DNA of 64,000 bases from Nitrosopumilaceae archaeon. Lineage in GTDB: Archaea > Thermoproteota > Nitrososphaeria > Nitrososphaerales > Nitrosopumilaceae. Where the stretch lies: positions 81-64,080 of the forward strand of contig DATIAR010000082.1 in assembly GCA_035457865.1 (NCBI GenBank), given 5' to 3'. Below the pieces are notes generated by a model that did not search any database, had not been told where the DNA came from, and saw nothing but the letters and a program-made list of their open reading frames with translations. The translations under genes and the position numbers were made by a program. Below are positions 19,203 through 28,630 of this stretch, piece after piece. Position 1 is the stretch's first letter. Each line of letters begins with the position of its first letter.

Positions 19203-19757
19203 CTAGATTGTCTGTAAATATTTCCAGAGATAAAATACGCCTATAGTTCCTATGAAAAATATCATGGGTTTCCATGCAAATACTGGGAATTTTGGAGTTG
19301 TAAGCTGTACTTTGTAATTATCAAGTACCGTATGAACATATTTCTTTATTTTTTCATTCCAAATTTTGTATTCTATTTGATGTTTTTTTAGAAGCGTTTC
19401 TATCTCATAAAAAACAGGCGTTCTCTGACAGAAAAGGTGTTGCAAATAATCTCTTGAAACTTCAACTTCCGCTTGTATTGCTATGAGTTCTTTTTTCATT
19501 TCAAGCAGTCTTACATGCATCTCCCAAGGTTTTTTCAGTTTTAAAGTGAGGCCACTCCCAATTTGGAAAGGCATTTTGTGTTCAAACTTTACATGAGTAA
19601 AACCTTCTTTTGAAAAGATTCTTAAAAGTTCATCAACATTTTTTCTGACTACTATAGTAAGCTGCTCTACACCCATCTTATGATCCACATTAATTTTATG
19701 TCGTACTCCATCAAAAAGGGATATTGTCTTTGGATACCTAGTCAGAAATTCTACCAT
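19203..19757 (-). CDS. hypothetical protein with C-terminal TM anchor
   Basis: 184 aa with a C-terminal hydrophobic helix PMIFFIGTIGVFYLW. It lies 32 nt downstream of cofE on the same strand. Confidence 0.55.
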   Translation of the reverse strand: MVEFLTRYPKTISLFDGVRHKINVDHKMGVEQLTIVVRKNVDELLRIFSKEGFTHVKFEHKMPFQIGSGLTLKLKKPWEMHVRLLEMKKELIAIQAEVEVSRDYLQHLFCQRTPVFYEIETLLKKHQIEYKIWNEKIKKYVHTVLDNYKVQLTTPKFPVFAWKPMIFFIGTIGVFYLWKYLQTI

Positions 19758-19789
19758 AGCTTGCGGTCTAATTTGCCTATATTAAAACC

Positions 19790-20569
19790 CTAGGTGTGTT
19801 TATTGTTGGTTTTTAATCCACGAATGTATACACACTGATCGTATGAAATCGCCATCTCATGTTGACTTATCTTTCTATCAGTAATTTTTACATCTGAATT
19901 TTTTATTATTGCAATAGGCGTGCTGTCTGAGCCTTCGCCCATCTTTAGGTTTGCAATAGATGCAAGATTATCTGCCACAGCTTGAAAAGTAACTTTTAAT
20001 GGATTTCCATGCAGATCCTTCTGACCGCGAATGTCAGAAAGAGGTTCAATACCGGCACAAGCAATAGCAACTCCCATTGTTCCAACTCTTGCAGGCATTA
20101 ACCTACTATCGATTATTAGTATGCCTACATGAACATGAAACCTCAAGAAAAATTTGCGTCGTAGTTGTTCGGCAATCTGATAGACATCAGTAGGATATAG
20201 AATTAATTTTCCTTTTGGCGCATTTGATTTATCGATTCCTGCATTTGGAGCTAAAATATTATCAGATGAGGTAATTACAAAACCCGGAACTCCTCCAAAA
20301 ACTACATCAGACTCTCTTAAAATAATCTCAGCAATTTTTGGATTAAGATGAAATTTTGTTGCAAGTATTCTTGATTCTTTGGATGGCATGACTTTTTCAT
20401 ATTCGATTAATCTTCCTTGAGAATTTGCAACATATTTACTTGAAATTACTAAAACATCACCATTTTCTAATTTAATCTGTGATCTCTGTAGTAAATCCAC
20501 TAAAGTTTCAAATAGATCAAAATCTTGTGTTTTAAGATCTGATTTTATAGTCTGTACTGAAATTGACAT
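19790..20569 (-). CDS. cofE: coenzyme F420-0:L-glutamate ligase (CofE family)
   Basis: A CofE-like core is present (APNAGIDKSNAPKGKLILYP, DSRLMPARVGTMGVAIACAGI). The ATG at 20569 (MSISVQ...) is preferred over the TTG at 20626 because it leaves room for divergent promoters. Confidence 0.75.
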   Translation of the reverse strand: MSISVQTIKSDLKTQDFDLFETLVDLLQRSQIKLENGDVLVISSKYVANSQGRLIEYEKVMPSKESRILATKFHLNPKIAEIILRESDVVFGGVPGFVITSSDNILAPNAGIDKSNAPKGKLILYPTDVYQIAEQLRRKFFLRFHVHVGILIIDSRLMPARVGTMGVAIACAGIEPLSDIRGQKDLHGNPLKVTFQAVADNLASIANLKMGEGSDSTPIAIIKNSDVKITDRKISQHEMAISYDQCVYIRGLKTNNKHT

Positions 20570-20652
20570 GACAATACTGCCTTTCTTAGACTTTTTAGCC
20601 TTCTCCTCCAAACCTTTTAATTTCAAAAAACATGCATTTTCTACATCTAGGA

Positions 20653-21924
20653 ATGAACATTACCGAAAAGATACTTGCTAGGGCATCTGGAAAAACAAGC
20701 CTATCGCCAGATGATGTAGTTTTTGTAAATGTAGATAAGGTAATGATGCATGATGTTTCAGGCCCCGGAGTAATTGCTGTATTTGAGAAACTAAAGAAAA
20801 AAGGGATGAGGATAGAGAAACTCTGGGACGCATCAAAAGTCTGGGTTGCAGAAGATCACTTTGTTCCTTCTCCTGATAAGATATCGGCTCAAAATATAGT
20901 ATTGTTGTCAGATTTTACAAAACAATTTGGAATCAAAAAACATTTCAAGTACGGTATGGGTCAGTATGGGATCTGTCACACATTATCTCATGAAGAAGCA
21001 ATGGTGCTACCAGGGGAAGTTTATGTAGGCGGTGATTCGCATACAAATACAACTGGCGCGTTAGGTGCTTTTGCAGCAGGTCTTGGGCATACAGATATTG
21101 CATATGTACTCTTAAACGGAAAAATTTGGTTCAAAATTCCTGAAACACTTTATTTCAAACTAAATGGCAAGCTTCCAAATCATGTGATGGCAAAAGATTT
21201 CATTTTAAAAATAATTGGTGATATAGGAACTGATGGTGCAGCTTACAAAACTATGCAATTTGGTGGTGATGGTATATCAGAAATGTCAGTTGAAGAACGA
21301 CTTACTTTAACAAACATGACGACAGAAGCTGGTGCAAAAAGTGGAATCATTGAACCTGATCAAAAAATAAGAGACTATCTTGCAGTGCGTGGTGTAACAA
21401 AGTACGATGAAGTACACGGTGACGCCGATGCTCAATATGAAAAGATCTATGAATATGAAGCCTCGGAATTAGAACCAACTGTTGCTAAACCATTTTCTCC
21501 TGAAAATATAGCAGAGGCGCGGGACTTGTCAACAACAACCCTGGACAAAGCGTATATCGGTTCATGCACCGGAGCAAAATATGAAGATCTACAAGCTGTT
21601 GCAAGAATACTAAAGGGTAGACAGGTGAGGATTAGAACTGAAATATTGCCTGCAGCTATATCAATATTCAGAAAGGCAATGGATGAAGGACTTATTAAAA
21701 TTTTCATGGATGCTGGTGTAGTAGTGGGACCACCTACATGTGGAGCATGTTGTGGTGCGCATATGGGTGTGCTTGCAAAAGATGAAGTTTGCATAAGTAC
21801 TACTAACAGAAACTTTCCAGGAAGGATGGGTCATGTAGAATCAAAAACATATCTGGCCTCGCCCCTAGTTGTAGCTGCATCTGCAGTTACTGGGAAAATT
21901 ACTGATCCGAGGGATTTGAAATGA
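20653..21924 (+). CDS. aconitase-family dehydratase large subunit, archaeal short type (homoaconitase/isopropylmalate isomerase HacA/LeuC-like)
   Basis: The N-terminus MNITEKILARASGK is present, with Fe-S ligand context GSCTGAKYEDL and CGACCGAHMG. The size (about 420 aa) is typical of the archaeal HacA/LeuC type. Confidence 0.85.
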   Translation: MNITEKILARASGKTSLSPDDVVFVNVDKVMMHDVSGPGVIAVFEKLKKKGMRIEKLWDASKVWVAEDHFVPSPDKISAQNIVLLSDFTKQFGIKKHFKYGMGQYGICHTLSHEEAMVLPGEVYVGGDSHTNTTGALGAFAAGLGHTDIAYVLLNGKIWFKIPETLYFKLNGKLPNHVMAKDFILKIIGDIGTDGAAYKTMQFGGDGISEMSVEERLTLTNMTTEAGAKSGIIEPDQKIRDYLAVRGVTKYDEVHGDADAQYEKIYEYEASELEPTVAKPFSPENIAEARDLSTTTLDKAYIGSCTGAKYEDLQAVARILKGRQVRIRTEILPAAISIFRKAMDEGLIKIFMDAGVVVGPPTCGACCGAHMGVLAKDEVCISTTNRNFPGRMGHVESKTYLASPLVVAASAVTGKITDPRDLK

Positions 21925-22403
21925 AAGGAAACGTAATAAAATACCAACGAGACAACATTGATACCGATATAATAATACCGGGCCCTTATCTTAAAATCCA
22001 TGACTATAACGAGCTTGCAAAACACGCAATGGAAGGCTTGGACAAAGATTTTCATTCTAAAGTAAAAAAGGGTGATTTTATTGTGACAGGTAGCAATTTT
22101 GGATGTGGCTCATCAAGAGAACATGCGCCAATTGCACTTGCATATTCTGGAATAACGGCAGTTTTGGCCGTATCTTTTGCAAGAATATTCTATAGAAATG
22201 CAGTTGATGGTGCGTTCTTGTTACCTATAGAAATTGATGAGAGTACATACAATAGCATATCTGATAAAGACTCACTTGAAATTAATACGGAAAAAAATGA
22301 AATAAAAAATCTTACAAAGAACCAAACCTATAAAATGAAACCTTTTTCTGAATTAATTGGAAAAATCATTGCGGCTGGTGGCCTTTTTAATTACAAACAG
22401 TAG
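21921..22403 (+). CDS. aconitase-family dehydratase small subunit, archaeal short type (HacB/LeuD-like)
   Basis: 160 aa with DNIDTDIIIPGPYLK and GSNFGCGSSREHAP (swivel domain motif). The start overlaps the large subunit stop. Confidence 0.85.
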   Translation: MKGNVIKYQRDNIDTDIIIPGPYLKIHDYNELAKHAMEGLDKDFHSKVKKGDFIVTGSNFGCGSSREHAPIALAYSGITAVLAVSFARIFYRNAVDGAFLLPIEIDESTYNSISDKDSLEINTEKNEIKNLTKNQTYKMKPFSELIGKIIAAGGLFNYKQ

Positions 22404-22490
22404 AAACATAACCTCTACGAGTAATCAAAATCCATTCTAACAATTTTCTCTATTTATACCATTATATCACGTATCATGTAAGATTATACT

Positions 22491-23906
22491 ATGCCAAAGA
22501 CACTGTTTGAGAAAATTTGGGATTCCCATGTTGTAGTCGAACAAAAAAATGGACCAACACTGCTTTATGTTGATCGACATTTAGTACATGAAGTTACATC
22601 TCCACAGGCATTTGATGGCTTACGTATTAACAAAAGAAAAGTACGAAGACCCGATCTCACATTTGCAACAATGGATCATAACGTTCCAACTAGTGACAGA
22701 TCTTTACCAATTATAGATCAAATTTCTGCAAGGCAGATTCAAGTTTTAGAAAAAAATTGTAAAGATTTTGGCATTCAGTTATTTGATATTAATAGTCCAA
22801 ATCAAGGAATAGTACATGTAATTGGTCCCGAATTAGGAATAACTCTTCCTGGAACTACAATTGTTTGTGGTGATAGCCATACATCAACACATGGTGCTTT
22901 TGGTGCGTTAGCGTTTGGTATAGGTACAAGTGATGTTGAGCATGTCTTAGCTACACAATGTATTTGGATGGAAAAACCAAAAACTTTTGAAATTAAAATA
23001 GAAGGTAAGAGAAAAAACAAACACGCTGTAACTGCAAAAGATATCATACTCTCAATAATACGACATATAGGTACTGCTGGAGGGGCAGGGACTGTAATAG
23101 AATACCGCGGTGAGACAATATCTGATCTCACGATGGAGCAAAGAATGACCATTTGCAATATGTCAATTGAAGGAGGTGCAAGAGCTGGACTTATAGCTCC
23201 AGATGAAAAAACTTTCTCATATCTAAGAGGAAGAAAATATATTCCAAAAAATTATGACGAGTTGGTTGATTATTGGTCTGAAAACCTAAAAAGTGATCCT
23301 GGCGCTCATTTTGATAAGATCTTTACCTTACATGTTGATACAATATCTCCGCAAGTAAGCTGGGGAACAAATCCTGCTATGACTACAGATGTAACTAGTA
23401 TAGTACCATTTCCAGAAGAATATGCTAAAGGGAATCAAGACGAGGAAAAATCAGCTTTCAAAGCGTTACAATATATGGATCTAAAATCAGGTACCCCAAT
23501 TACTGAAATCTCAATTGATAGAGTTTTCATTGGTTCTTGCACAAATTCAAGACTAGAAGATTTGATCGAAGTATCAAAGGTAGTAAAAGGAAAGAAAGTT
23601 TCACCAAAAGTAAGAGCAATGATAGTACCGGGATCCCAACTTGTAAAAAAACAAGCTGAAGAATTAGGATTGGATAAAATATTTAAAGAAGCAAATTTTG
23701 AGTGGAGAGAATCAGGCTGTAGTATGTGTTTGGGAATGAATCCTGACATTTTGGCTGCTGGTGAAAGATGTGCAAGTACATCAAATAGAAACTTTGAAGG
23801 AAGGCAAGGGGCTGGTGGTAGAACTCACCTTGTTAGTCCTGTTATGGCTGCAGCAGCTGCATTGGCAGGTCATTTTGTGGATGTAAGAGAATTGGATTTG
23901 AACTAG
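22491..23906 (+). CDS. leuC: 3-isopropylmalate dehydratase large subunit (bacterial-type LeuC)
   Basis: 471 aa with the N-terminus [15 protein letters not shown], plus [46 protein letters not shown] and CSMCLGMN. Confidence 0.9.
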   Translation: MPKTLFEKIWDSHVVVEQKNGPTLLYVDRHLVHEVTSPQAFDGLRINKRKVRRPDLTFATMDHNVPTSDRSLPIIDQISARQIQVLEKNCKDFGIQLFDINSPNQGIVHVIGPELGITLPGTTIVCGDSHTSTHGAFGALAFGIGTSDVEHVLATQCIWMEKPKTFEIKIEGKRKNKHAVTAKDIILSIIRHIGTAGGAGTVIEYRGETISDLTMEQRMTICNMSIEGGARAGLIAPDEKTFSYLRGRKYIPKNYDELVDYWSENLKSDPGAHFDKIFTLHVDTISPQVSWGTNPAMTTDVTSIVPFPEEYAKGNQDEEKSAFKALQYMDLKSGTPITEISIDRVFIGSCTNSRLEDLIEVSKVVKGKKVSPKVRAMIVPGSQLVKKQAEELGLDKIFKEANFEWRESGCSMCLGMNPDILAAGERCASTSNRNFEGRQGAGGRTHLVSPVMAAAAALAGHFVDVRELDLN

Positions 23907-24497
23907 ATGGAACCATTTAAGACGATCAAAAGCATCGCTACTCCACTTGACAAAGTTAACGTAGATACTGATCAAATAATGCCAAAACAATTCCTAAAAC
24001 TAATTCAAAAAACAGGTTTTGGCCAGTATCTGTTTTATGACTGGAGGTTTACTCCAGACGGTTTACCAAAAGAAGATTTTATTTTAAACAATCCAAAATA
24101 TCGAGGTTCTAAGATACTTTTAACAAGAGACAACTTTGGCTGTGGTTCGAGCAGAGAACATGCTGCCTGGGCTTTGCTTGACTATGGATTTGTGGTAGTT
24201 ATAGCCACATCCTTTGCTGACATTTTTTATAATAACTGTTTCAAAAATGGAATTTTGCCAATAAGACTTGATGTGAAGAAAATTGAAAGTTTATTCAAAA
24301 CAAATTCTGAAATAGAAGTTAATTTAGAAAATCAAACGATCACAATACCAAATGAAACAATATCGTTTGATATCGAAAGTCATAGAAAAAAAACTCTACT
24401 AGAAGGACTTGATGATATATCTATTACCTTACAATATGAGGATAAAATATCACAATATGAAAAATCTCAATTGCATCCTAATTCTTCATTTTTTTAA
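23907..24497 (+). CDS. leuD: 3-isopropylmalate dehydratase small subunit (bacterial-type LeuD)
   Basis: 196 aa with VDTDQIMPKQFLK and DNFGCGSSREHAAWAL. The gene directly abuts leuC. Confidence 0.9.
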   Translation: MEPFKTIKSIATPLDKVNVDTDQIMPKQFLKLIQKTGFGQYLFYDWRFTPDGLPKEDFILNNPKYRGSKILLTRDNFGCGSSREHAAWALLDYGFVVVIATSFADIFYNNCFKNGILPIRLDVKKIESLFKTNSEIEVNLENQTITIPNETISFDIESHRKKTLLEGLDDISITLQYEDKISQYEKSQLHPNSSFF

Positions 24498-25215
24498 TTA
24501 TCTCTTTTATTATTGTCTGATTTCGTTCTACCTTATTTGGTGATTCTATATCAATCCAAAGCGCGTTGCCTATGTCAAATGCACTAACAGTTTTTCTCTT
24601 TGATAAATCTTGTAACACATCAAAAGACAAGTTAACTTCATTTCTCCTTTCTTTTTTAGATTTGATTATCTTCAAAATTTTTGTATCTAAAATGTAGATA
24701 CCTAAACATTCTGCCATAGGCATAGTAATAAACGGTTTTTCTTGGAATTCTGTTACCATACCATCCTTTATTTTTGCGTATCCTGTTTCTTCTTTTCTAT
24801 ACCTTCTTGTAGCAATACACGCAATACTTTCCTTTTGTTTGTAGAATTTGCACATTTTACCAAGATCTATGGCACAAAAATTATCCACGAACCATAAAAT
24901 AAAATCTTGTTCGTTTTTTAGGATCGCAGAAAGATGTGTAAGGTCGCCTCCAGTGCCACTGTTAGAATCCTGAATGAACATGATCTTTTTGCCGCGTATC
25001 TTCTTTTTATCCTCAAAATATTTTCTTATCTGATTGCCTAGTCCATTGTAGTCCGCTAGTATGATTATCTCCTTGATGAAACCAAATGACGATACATATT
25101 TAACGATATAATCTATGAGGGGTTTTCCTTCAATAGGAATCATTGCCTTTGGAAAATAATCTGTAAATGGTTTTCCTCTGGTTCCTCTTCCACCAGCTAA
25201 AATTACAATTTTCAA
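24478..25215 (-). CDS. sugar-phosphate nucleotidyltransferase
   Basis: The N-terminus KIVILAGGRGTRGKPFTDYFPKAMIPIEGKPLIDY carries the GxGxR nucleotidyltransferase signature. TTG start. Confidence 0.8.
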   Translation of the reverse strand: MKIVILAGGRGTRGKPFTDYFPKAMIPIEGKPLIDYIVKYVSSFGFIKEIIILADYNGLGNQIRKYFEDKKKIRGKKIMFIQDSNSGTGGDLTHLSAILKNEQDFILWFVDNFCAIDLGKMCKFYKQKESIACIATRRYRKEETGYAKIKDGMVTEFQEKPFITMPMAECLGIYILDTKILKIIKSKKERRNEVNLSFDVLQDLSKRKTVSAFDIGNALWIDIESPNKVERNQTIIKEIIKKMKN

Positions 25216-25218
25216 ATT

Positions 25219-25662
25219 TTATCTATATGACTTTTGTTTTCTTCTTCTAGCGCCAGGTCCGCCAAACTTCTTTGGTTCTTTTCTTCGGTCATCTCCGCTT
25301 AAGAGATGTTTATCAAAATCATTTAGGCGTTTTTTAAGATCCTCCCGTATCGTTTTTGTAAAAGGATGATCCTTTGGTTCCTTTTTGGATTTAGTCCAAC
25401 CAGTTAAGGCTCTTGATATTGCTACTGCACTAGCATATGCTTGACCCATAAAACCTCCTCCATTGACTCTCACAGAAAGATCAATTTTTTCTCGCAGATC
25501 TCCAGCTATCTCAAGAGGACCAAGTATTACTTCCCTAGCAGTTTCTTGTTGAATCATCTCTACTGGAGTATTATTAATTCTGACTCTGCCCATTCCCTTC
25601 GATATATGTACATGCGCTCTAGCAGTTTTTCTTGTTGCAAAATAATTTTCTACCTTTACCAT
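25219..25662 (-). CDS. rps9: 30S ribosomal protein S9 (uS9)
   Basis: GGGFMGQAYASAVAISRAL and the basic C-terminal tail ARRRKQKSYR are present. The gene follows L13 in the conserved order. Confidence 0.9.
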   Translation of the reverse strand: MVKVENYFATRKTARAHVHISKGMGRVRINNTPVEMIQQETAREVILGPLEIAGDLREKIDLSVRVNGGGFMGQAYASAVAISRALTGWTKSKKEPKDHPFTKTIREDLKKRLNDFDKHLLSGDDRRKEPKKFGGPGARRRKQKSYR

Positions 25663-26136
25663 TTATTCATGCCACCCAATCATTCTTCCAAGTTCGCCAA
25701 CACTGGTATAATATGAAGAAGATTTTCTAATTCTTGCATCTTCAAATTGCGTCCTTGATAGAGATTTAAGTTCATTTGGAACGCCCAAATATGCTCTTAG
25801 TCTGCTGAACGCTGCTTTGCCAGAAGACTTTGTTTTTGGAAGCATTCCTCTTACCATCTTAGTTATGATAGTATCTGGTCTTCTAGGGTGAAACGGACCA
25901 AACTTTGGATTATTGATACTTGCTATCTCAAGAAATTCTCTATATTCCTTTATGATAGATTCTCTACTACCACTTATCATGATATTTTCAGAATTTACAA
26001 TAAATACTCTATTGCCTTCAAGTAGATGTTTTGCTACATGTGAACACAACCTTCCTGCAATCATGTTTGTTCCATCTACAATTATGGTCTGAGGATTTGA
26101 TGTTGCCATCTTTGTTTCTACCTGTTGTTTATCCAA
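25663..26136 (-). CDS. rpl13: 50S ribosomal protein L13 (uL13)
   Basis: IIVDGTNMIAGRLCSHVAKHLLEG is typical of L13. The gene lies between L18e and S9. Confidence 0.9.
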   Translation of the reverse strand: MDKQQVETKMATSNPQTIIVDGTNMIAGRLCSHVAKHLLEGNRVFIVNSENIMISGSRESIIKEYREFLEIASINNPKFGPFHPRRPDTIITKMVRGMLPKTKSSGKAAFSRLRAYLGVPNELKSLSRTQFEDARIRKSSSYYTSVGELGRMIGWHE

Positions 26137-26491
26137 TTATTATCACACCTTTTCCTGTTGGATGATTTTTGATAAGTTCTGAATAACTCAAAATTTTTCC
26201 CCCCCTTTCAAGTATTTTTTGTGCACCTGAGTTTGAAATAGAAAACGAACAAAGTGTAATTTTATGCGACATGCCACCCGTTCCGAGAACTTTGCCTGGG
26301 ACTATTATTAAATCTCCATCTTTTGTCAATCTGTCAATTTGGCTAATATTGACTGTTCTTCTGGCAGAGGATGGTTTCAATGCAAGTTCTGCAAGTCTTG
26401 ACCATATTGGTGCTTTGTTTTTCTTTGAAGCTTCTTTTAGCTCCTTTGCCATATGTAACACAACAGCATTAGTCATTTGTATAATTGCCAT
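26129..26491 (-). CDS. rpl18e: 50S ribosomal protein L18e (eL18)
   Basis: 120 aa protein in the conserved rpoD-L18e-L13-S9 position, with an L18e/L15-like core (VPGKVLGTG). Confidence 0.8.
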   Translation of the reverse strand: MAIIQMTNAVVLHMAKELKEASKKNKAPIWSRLAELALKPSSARRTVNISQIDRLTKDGDLIIVPGKVLGTGGMSHKITLCSFSISNSGAQKILERGGKILSYSELIKNHPTGKGVIIIG

Positions 26492-26519
26492 TTTTAACCC
26501 AAATATAATGCATGCTCAG

Positions 26520-27152
26520 CTAAAGGGCAGAAATTACTTGCTTGAAACCCTCTAATCTTTTTGTTATTTCGTCTACGCCAGCAAGTACTATCTGAGCTGG
26601 AGATAGAGCACCTGTAGTTTCTACAGTCAAAAGATGATCTTCTGGACCCCCACCTTCAGTTAGAACTGAAACAGTGGCAGCATTCCATTTTGCATGTTCT
26701 GTACCCCGACCCAATCTAGCATATGCTTCAAGCTTTACCTTTTGACCTGGAGCTAGCTCCACTATTGGAATTTTATCACTCACTGGTTTAACTATATCAT
26801 CCTCTGATGTAAGTTCAGCCGAAGTGATTGTTCTTGTGGTGTCAGAAGAACCTGAATCGATCATTAGCATTACTCTACAATGAGTACAGCCAACTTCACT
26901 TTTACAATCACAATTTGCTGGTTCAACAAATCTTGCTAGATCAGTTTTAAGTGGTATCATGGCAAGTCTGTGTGCTATGCCTTCATCAGCTAAAACAGAG
27001 GAATTTTCAATTATTACAACATCATCAATGGCAAAAACAGGTACACCTGTAAGACATATCCTTCTTAACGCATTTGCGTATTGTAGTGGCATGCCCTTTA
27101 ACTTTACCACAATTTTTTGCTCATTTTGTTCAACTACTTCGAGAGAAACCAA
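26520..27152 (-). CDS. rpoD: DNA-directed RNA polymerase subunit D (Rpo3)
   Basis: ANALRRICLTGVPVFAIDDV (dimerisation domain) and a Cys cluster CDCKSEVGCTHC are present. The TTG at 27152 (MVSLEVVEQNE...) is preferred over the track start at 27233. An ATTTTTATTT box lies 24 nt upstream, and the N-terminal length then matches other archaeal RpoD. Confidence 0.85.
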   Translation of the reverse strand: MVSLEVVEQNEQKIVVKLKGMPLQYANALRRICLTGVPVFAIDDVVIIENSSVLADEGIAHRLAMIPLKTDLARFVEPANCDCKSEVGCTHCRVMLMIDSGSSDTTRTITSAELTSEDDIVKPVSDKIPIVELAPGQKVKLEAYARLGRGTEHAKWNAATVSVLTEGGGPEDHLLTVETTGALSPAQIVLAGVDEITKRLEGFKQVISAL

Positions 27153-27236
27153 GTCAGAGGAAAAAGTTCCTAGTCCAAATAAAAATCTAGCGAGTTTTTG
27201 CGTATAGATAAATACCAAAGTTGAATATCTCAAATT

Positions 27237-27926
27237 ATGGTCGATAAGGTAACTGTAGTAAGATTAGCAGTCGAGGGAGAAAAGTTCGAATTGCTTGTAA
27301 AACCAGATCCTGCCCTTGAATACAAACTGGGAAAAAGAAAAGATATATCAACTATTCTTGTTTCAGACGAAATTTATTCCGATTCTAACAAAGGAACACG
27401 TGCATCATCGGAAAAGCTAATGAAAGCATTCAAGTCTACTGATGCTGCCATTATTGCTACCATTATACTTCAAAAAGGTGATCTTAACCTAACTACTGAT
27501 CAAAGACGAAAAATGGTTTTAGAAAAACGTAAACAGATTGTAGATTTTATTGCAAAAACATACGTAGATCCACGTTCACACCTACCTCATCCTCCGCTTA
27601 GAATAGAACAGGCCATGGATGATGCACGAATAGCTGTGGATCCTTTCAGAAATACGGATGAACAAACAAAAGACATCGTAGAACAATTACGATCTATTAT
27701 TCCACTTAAATCAGAAAATATGATACTTGAAATTCTGGTACCGGCACAGTTTGCAGCACAATCATACTCTGTTTTAAAATCTGCAGGAACTTTAAAAAAA
27801 GAAGAATGGCAATCTAATGGTTCTCTCAAAGTAATACTAGATATACCGGCTGCAGCAAGAGCAAATGTGATAGATAGATTGGGATCTGTAACAAAGGGCT
27901 CTGCTTCTATTGAGGTAGCAAAATGA
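27237..27926 (+). CDS. sdo1: SBDS-family ribosome maturation protein
   Basis: The FYSH-domain N-terminus VVRLAVEGEKFELLVKPDPALEYKLGK is present. The gene is in the conserved position heading the archaeal exosome superoperon. Confidence 0.85.
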   Translation: MVDKVTVVRLAVEGEKFELLVKPDPALEYKLGKRKDISTILVSDEIYSDSNKGTRASSEKLMKAFKSTDAAIIATIILQKGDLNLTTDQRRKMVLEKRKQIVDFIAKTYVDPRSHLPHPPLRIEQAMDDARIAVDPFRNTDEQTKDIVEQLRSIIPLKSENMILEILVPAQFAAQSYSVLKSAGTLKKEEWQSNGSLKVILDIPAAARANVIDRLGSVTKGSASIEVAK

Positions 27927-28630
27927 TGGAAATAGTAAAAAGAAAATATGTAATTCCTGGCGATGTAATAATAACCGGTCCATACAGACTAGAACAGAAC
28001 GTCTATCAAGATGGAGATAGGATTATTTCTACTAGTATTGGAATATCAGAAATTTATGAGAACGCAGTACGTGTGATACCCCTTTCTGGAATGTACATTC
28101 CAAAAACTAATGACTTGATCATAGGAAAAGTGATAGGACATTCTTCATTATCTTGGGAATTTGACATAAATTCATGTTTTATTGGATTCTTGCCAGCTCA
28201 AGATGTATTTGGACGAGATTATTCTCCAACAAAAGACGAATTAAAAGCACGACTGGATAAAGGTGATTTAGTAGCTACCAGAGTTGCTAATTTTGATAGA
28301 TCTAGAGATCCACTTCTGACTATACAAGATAGAGATTTGGGAAAAATTGAATCAGGTGAACTTATAAAAATTGCTCCAAGCAAGATTCCACGACTTATTG
28401 GAAAGCGTGGCTCTATGATTCAAACAATTGAGATGGCAACAAAGGCCATTGTAACTATTGGTCAAAACGGTCTTATCGTTGTTTCTTGTGAGGATCCAAT
28501 TGGATTATTAAAGGCCATAGAAGCAGTGAAAATGGTTGATGCTCAAGCACATACGCCAAACTTGACTGAAAGAGTAAAATCCATGCTTGGGGTAGAACTT
28601 GGTGAAAATAATGACACAATTAATGAATGA
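27923..28630 (+). CDS. rrp4: exosome complex RNA-binding subunit Rrp4 (S1 + KH)
   Basis: An S1-like segment (GDLVATRVANFD) and KH motif (IPRLIGKRGSMIQTIE) are present. The gene is upstream of rrp41/rrp42. Confidence 0.9.
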   Translation: MMEIVKRKYVIPGDVIITGPYRLEQNVYQDGDRIISTSIGISEIYENAVRVIPLSGMYIPKTNDLIIGKVIGHSSLSWEFDINSCFIGFLPAQDVFGRDYSPTKDELKARLDKGDLVATRVANFDRSRDPLLTIQDRDLGKIESGELIKIAPSKIPRLIGKRGSMIQTIEMATKAIVTIGQNGLIVVSCEDPIGLLKAIEAVKMVDAQAHTPNLTERVKSMLGVELGENNDTINE

